A stretch of DNA of 56,300 nt, the filler included, from Catajapyx aquilonaris (lineage: Eukaryota), in NCBI GenBank assembly GCA_000934665.2. It is 4 parts of 4 records of this genome, joined end to end, with 100 filler letters (N's around TTAATTAATTAA, not from the genome) between each part and the next. Parts side by side here need not be neighbours in the genome. Positions count along the whole stretch, not along the records: positions 42,299 to 56,300 come from JYFJ02007917.1; 3 more parts are not named here. One strand, given 5' to 3'. The notes below the pieces were generated by a model, which was given only the letters and a program-made list of their open reading frames with translations, was not told the origin of the DNA and made no database searches. This document shows positions 52,101 to 56,300 of the stretch, piece by piece; the stretch's first letter is position 1; each line of letters starts with the position of its first letter. Position numbers and translations under genes: made by a program.

Positions 52101-52914
52101 GACCGCAATAGGGTTTCTTCACTCAATTTTCGATAGTCGCGACTGTACAGTTCAAGGAGAGGTTCATGAATGTTGTTTTTCGGTCTCATAATTTTTCAGG
52201 TGTTTTTCTGCTGGAGTTTTTCCATGTAGAAAACCCTGCTTGATAACATTATAATTGCTTTAAGTCAAGGACTGCTCTGCAATGTTATTGTTACCGCTGG
52301 ATTGACTATGGTAAATTTCCGACATTATTAGAGCGTGTTACAGGAATATAGAATGTTATTAGGTCTTTCATCCAAAATGGCTTCAGATTTATTTAATAAA
52401 ACAGTGCGGAGTATGATGGAACTTTCAAAATCTTCAGGTTGGTATTTATAGAGAGACGTGCATGGGATCTGACATACCTCTGTGAAACTTGCTCGTTTTT
52501 ATTTTCCCCCACAACGATTTATACGATATTGTGACGCATGCCCTGCCGTGTTTTGTAGCTGGTAAGTATAGCGCACTTTTTACAGTGTTTATGATTTTCC
52601 TCCGGCAGACAAGAAACGTAGTGGGTTACAAGCAATATATTTGACACCTGCGGGTGTCAATTTTTAGTAGATATATATCCAAGCATGGACAGAACAAAAT
52701 ACTGTTAACTCCAATGCGCTACACAACTTTCTGCACTCTTTTTTACGTACTATACTGTATAATAGCAAAGATCGTTTCTTCGCCGTCGCTGTGATAAAGT
52801 CTTTTCTCTGTATTTGTTCTCTTCCTAGTTGTCTTTTGACTAACTGTTATCTTTGACTCCTGATATGCACCTTCTTCACTCTCACCCACACTGTCTACGC
52901 CACTGCTTTCCCAG

Positions 52915-52995
52915 AAAGAAGAATGCAGTTAGCTGTTGGTCACTCACTCGAGCGACTGATGTCACTAGTGACAAGATGTATGGCGGAACCTCGAT
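52915..52995 (+). CDS. Candidate further Nmdar2 C-tail exon (81 nt, phase 2-2)
   Basis: Long pyrimidine tract plus CCAG acceptor and GTAAGT donor. Open in the frame continuing from 47422 (KKNAVSCWSLTRATDVTSDKMYGGTS). No homology recognised. Confidence 0.45.
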
Positions 52996-53244
52996 GTAAG
53001 TGGGTTCACAAAGAGGTTGGCATGTTGGGGGCCGGCTGCGGCATGCTTTGGACCTGACGGGACCATGGGGGCAGTGTGGACCATACATTTTGCATTAGGC
53101 TAGTAGTGGCTAAGCAAACTGGCTCCCAAGAGAAATCAGAGGTCCCTAAGTACAGTATGTGGATCCAGTAGCGCATCCCCTGTGAGCTTCGCAGGGGTTC
53201 TTACGACAGATGTAATTATTGATGAAACGGCATATTTCATCGAC

Positions 53245-53478
53245 ACACACGCACACATAGACATGCGCTCAATAAGCTATGGGGACGTTGAAAACTCACC
53301 TTTTCGAAGCTAGTGTAAACTAACCTACCCTGCCCTAACTAACCAAGTTTGACAGAAATGGACTTTTGTGAAACCCTTCAAATCGAAATTGTGGGGACAT
53401 GTCCCCACTATAACGGTAACTTTCTGATGTGTGAAATTGTGGGGACAGTAGTCCCCACAGTTACAGTAAAAACACATA
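53245..53478. repeat. Helentron/HINE-like non-autonomous repeat with twin GTGGGGAC/GTCCCCAC palindromes
   Basis: 18-bp palindrome at 53391-53408 and hairpin at 53438-53459, both preceded by GAAATTGTGGGGACA; CCTAAC-type repeats and a CA-rich left flank. Confidence 0.45.
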
Positions 53479-55899
53479 CTTCCGGTCCCACAGCTTATTG
53501 AAGAAAAAGAATGGGCGAATGTTCTTGTGTTTGGCAAAAGATGTTTACCTATGGGAATCAATTTACTATAAATTACATTTGGGCTGTGGTTTTCCGATGG
53601 TTAAACGCATCGTGTCCTCATAGTCACACTCTGATAAATCATTTGTATGCTGGCCTTGCAGTTCTATGAAGCAACCGCAATCTCTGCGCCCACACATTTG
53701 GCGCAGATTTTATACAGGATGTCCAATTGAAAATTATTAAAATGGCTTGAGATTTCTTGGAACTAAGCTGTTTATTTTTTAACCGCAGTATTTACTTCAT
53801 ACCGGTTACGCGTATCAAAAGCACGAGATATTAGCTGATAATATTAGGTGTCGCTGTCCCATTTTAAACATCCTTGCAAGGTGCTCCATCCTGCAAAAGA
53901 AGGTTAAACCATTCATTTTAGATGCCAATTGCTCCAGTGCAGTGGTCATTCTTAATCGGAAAATCATTGCAATTCAGAGGGTGGATAGAGGATTCAATTT
54001 AGCAATTTAGCAGCTAATAATTTTCGTGGCCATTAAAGATAACTGTTTAAAAATAAGAGCTTAGTGCCAAAAATTTATATCTACTAATATCACTTCAATT
54101 GGAACACCATGTACTGTATAATAAATTGTCGTTTGTTAGATGACACCGAAGAAATCGATGCAGGCGGATGCGCTCCTGAAATGCCCGTATCTATTCTAAA
54201 TCTTGATTTGAGCCACGTCGAATACCGTACATTAAATCGGGGTTTGCTTTACCACAGTTTATATGACAACAGAGTCACAGAAGCAGTACGACGCGATTTT
54301 TATTGCAGACCTTATTCCTTTCCAAGTGGTCGAAAAAAAATCCCAACTTTTTTGCACTTTTTTGCCAAATGGGCCCAAACCATCTACATATCATCACAAA
54401 GCAACCCCTGTAATAAATTCACTCTCTGACATTTGTTATGTGTCAGAACCCAGGCAAAACATGGAGTTTTTTGTTGGTCTCACACTGTCTCCCCACAGGA
54501 GGAAAGCGTCTCTTGAGACAAGACAAGCCACCTCCTACCTTTCAGCTCGCATTATTTTTTGTATATAATTTTAACGGGAGTCACTTGGTCTACTCTCGCC
54601 GGACATGCCGCAGTGTACGTCGCCATATTTTAATTCCCGGAGTGTCCGAGGAGAATGGGCCTACACCCGGAGTGGCCGTTTTGGGCTTTTGAGATGAGAA
54701 AAGTTGCAGCGGCGCCCATCCAGACGAGGGATGCTGTGAGCAAGGTTGTTGCTGAGCATTTTGTTTCCTTTTTTACTTCTTGCGTGGAAAATCCTGAGGC
54801 TGTTTCTACCCGTGTGAGTTGAGGTAAAATGCCAGAGTCAGGAGCCATGACTTCTTCACTATAGGCTACTGTGGAAGCATCACATGAGACACTCAAAATG
54901 TGTGGCTTGCATGTGATATGTGCACATCTTATGCATGCTCTGCTACTTTTCCTTGCATGACAAACTTTTCCACTTATCTTCTGATGCGCAGCTTTCATAG
55001 AGTAGTTTTTTTTAAGGATAGAACTATTAGTGTGTGTTTTGAGAGGACATATGTAATAACCATAATATATGTGTGACATACGATAGCAGGATCTGAGGGT
55101 CCTGAATGTATGGCTCAAAATATAGATGGAGTTAATGGTATTGTAGCTTTCAAAAACTAGGTGTTAATTATCTAGATATTTACGGCAACTGACGTCCATC
55201 TTAATAATACACATCACACGATCCTTTTTATTAACACTTCGTTATTCTAACACCCGGTAGCGTAATCTTCCTCCATCTGCATGGATTATATTTTCCTAAT
55301 CGGACAAGAAGAAATCCGGTTTAATACCATGATACTACCCGGCTGGATCATCCCTGAGCAATAACATCTCAAACTTCATCATGTGGCAGAATTTTGCAAG
55401 CATCGTTAATTTGCTCCACCAAATTACTGGCTTCATGTCCATGCATACTCATGAATATAGTCAATTCTTTTCATCATCATAATTAAGCGGCATCACGTTC
55501 CCACTCTGTACTGCCCCCCCCACCCNCCCCCGCTGGATCACCATGTATTCCCCATCCAGGTTTCTGCATTCTCGATATGCGAGTGAGTACAAATGAGGTG
55601 TCAAGGACCAGCAAAGCGTTCCTCTGGGTTCTATTAAGCAATTAATTAACATGGGTTTTGCGATTCATATGTCAAAACCGGATGTTTTGCATTCACATTT
55701 CCAGTACGCATTGTGAATGGGTTATTCAACATGCATAATCTAAGATGATAATTGAGTGACAGTTGCTGCTGTTATTTTTGTGAGAAGTATCCTGGACTTA
55801 GTTTGGTGATTTATGTGACAACATAACTTACAGGAGCAAGGATCACCAATAATTTAACTCTGGTCTTGCCCAAGTGGATAGGTTAAATATTAAGACTTT

Positions 55900-55975
55900 G
55901 GGAAGCGTGATGGCCGAGATGGTAACGTCTGTGCGAAAGGTCCCGGGTTCGAACCCCGCCCGGGAGCTCCCTTTC
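55900..55975 (+). mobile_element. tRNA-derived SINE head
   Basis: A box TGGCCGAGATGG and B box GGTTCGAACC; similar to the SINE head at 985. Anticodon arm not intact. Confidence 0.65.
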
Positions 55976-56207
55976 GACTGCGTCAAGGGTCTCTGACCTG
56001 CGCTTTGGAGGCGTCTAGCAACCTAGCCTCCAGGAGGATTGCACATGACCCATTTTCAGACTTTGCACCTGCACTTGCCTCCCCAAAAATCCCCTTCCTT
56101 GCACGGAGTATGAAGCAAAAACACGAAAGTTGAATGGAAAATATGGTGGTGTTCCATCCCCCTAAGAGGGCCTCTGGCCATATCACAGGGTATAAAGTAC
56201 CGGTATA

Positions 56208-56300
56208 CAGGGTGTATCTGAACTCAGTGCCCCGACGTATATGACTGCCTTCCTAGCCACCAGAGGATCGATTTAAGTATAGGAGTCATATGTCTGGGCA
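56208..56300. mobile_element. Left end of a Tc1/mariner-type MITE, cut by the window edge
   Basis: TA|CAGGGTGT terminus, as in the other MITEs. Confidence 0.45.

Noticed and set aside
55900..55975. tRNA-like sequence
   Set aside because: A and B boxes are present but the anticodon arm is incomplete; treated as a SINE head.

Overview
Eukaryotic (invertebrate, most likely arthropod) genomic DNA made of four contigs joined by artificial 100-nt linkers (44 N + TTAATTAATTAA + 44 N). Contig 1 (1-14005) holds the 3' part of HUWE1, a complete UMP-CMP kinase gene, a long fold-back element and an orphan two-exon coiled-coil gene. Contig 2 (14106-28103) holds a complete six-exon FERM+RING E3 ligase (MYLIP/IDOL, dnr1-like). 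Contig 3 (28204-42198) is almost entirely transposon-derived. It is a tightly packed, co-oriented mosaic of short coding fragments from many unrelated transposon groups (Sola1-like, retropepsin, EnSpm accessory, NOF/USP-like, MULE-like, Helitron, Sola2, Transib, hAT), several of which retain introns. Inside the mosaic lies an apparently intact 3.9-kb ISL2EU-type element with TIRs, AT flanks, a THAP-HTH-DDE transposase and a convergent SWIM-YqaJ exonuclease gene. Contig 4 (42299-56300) holds a Helitron 3' end, internal exons of an NMDA receptor NR2 subunit and several MITE/SINE copies. Family assignments are by motif recognition only; no database search was run.
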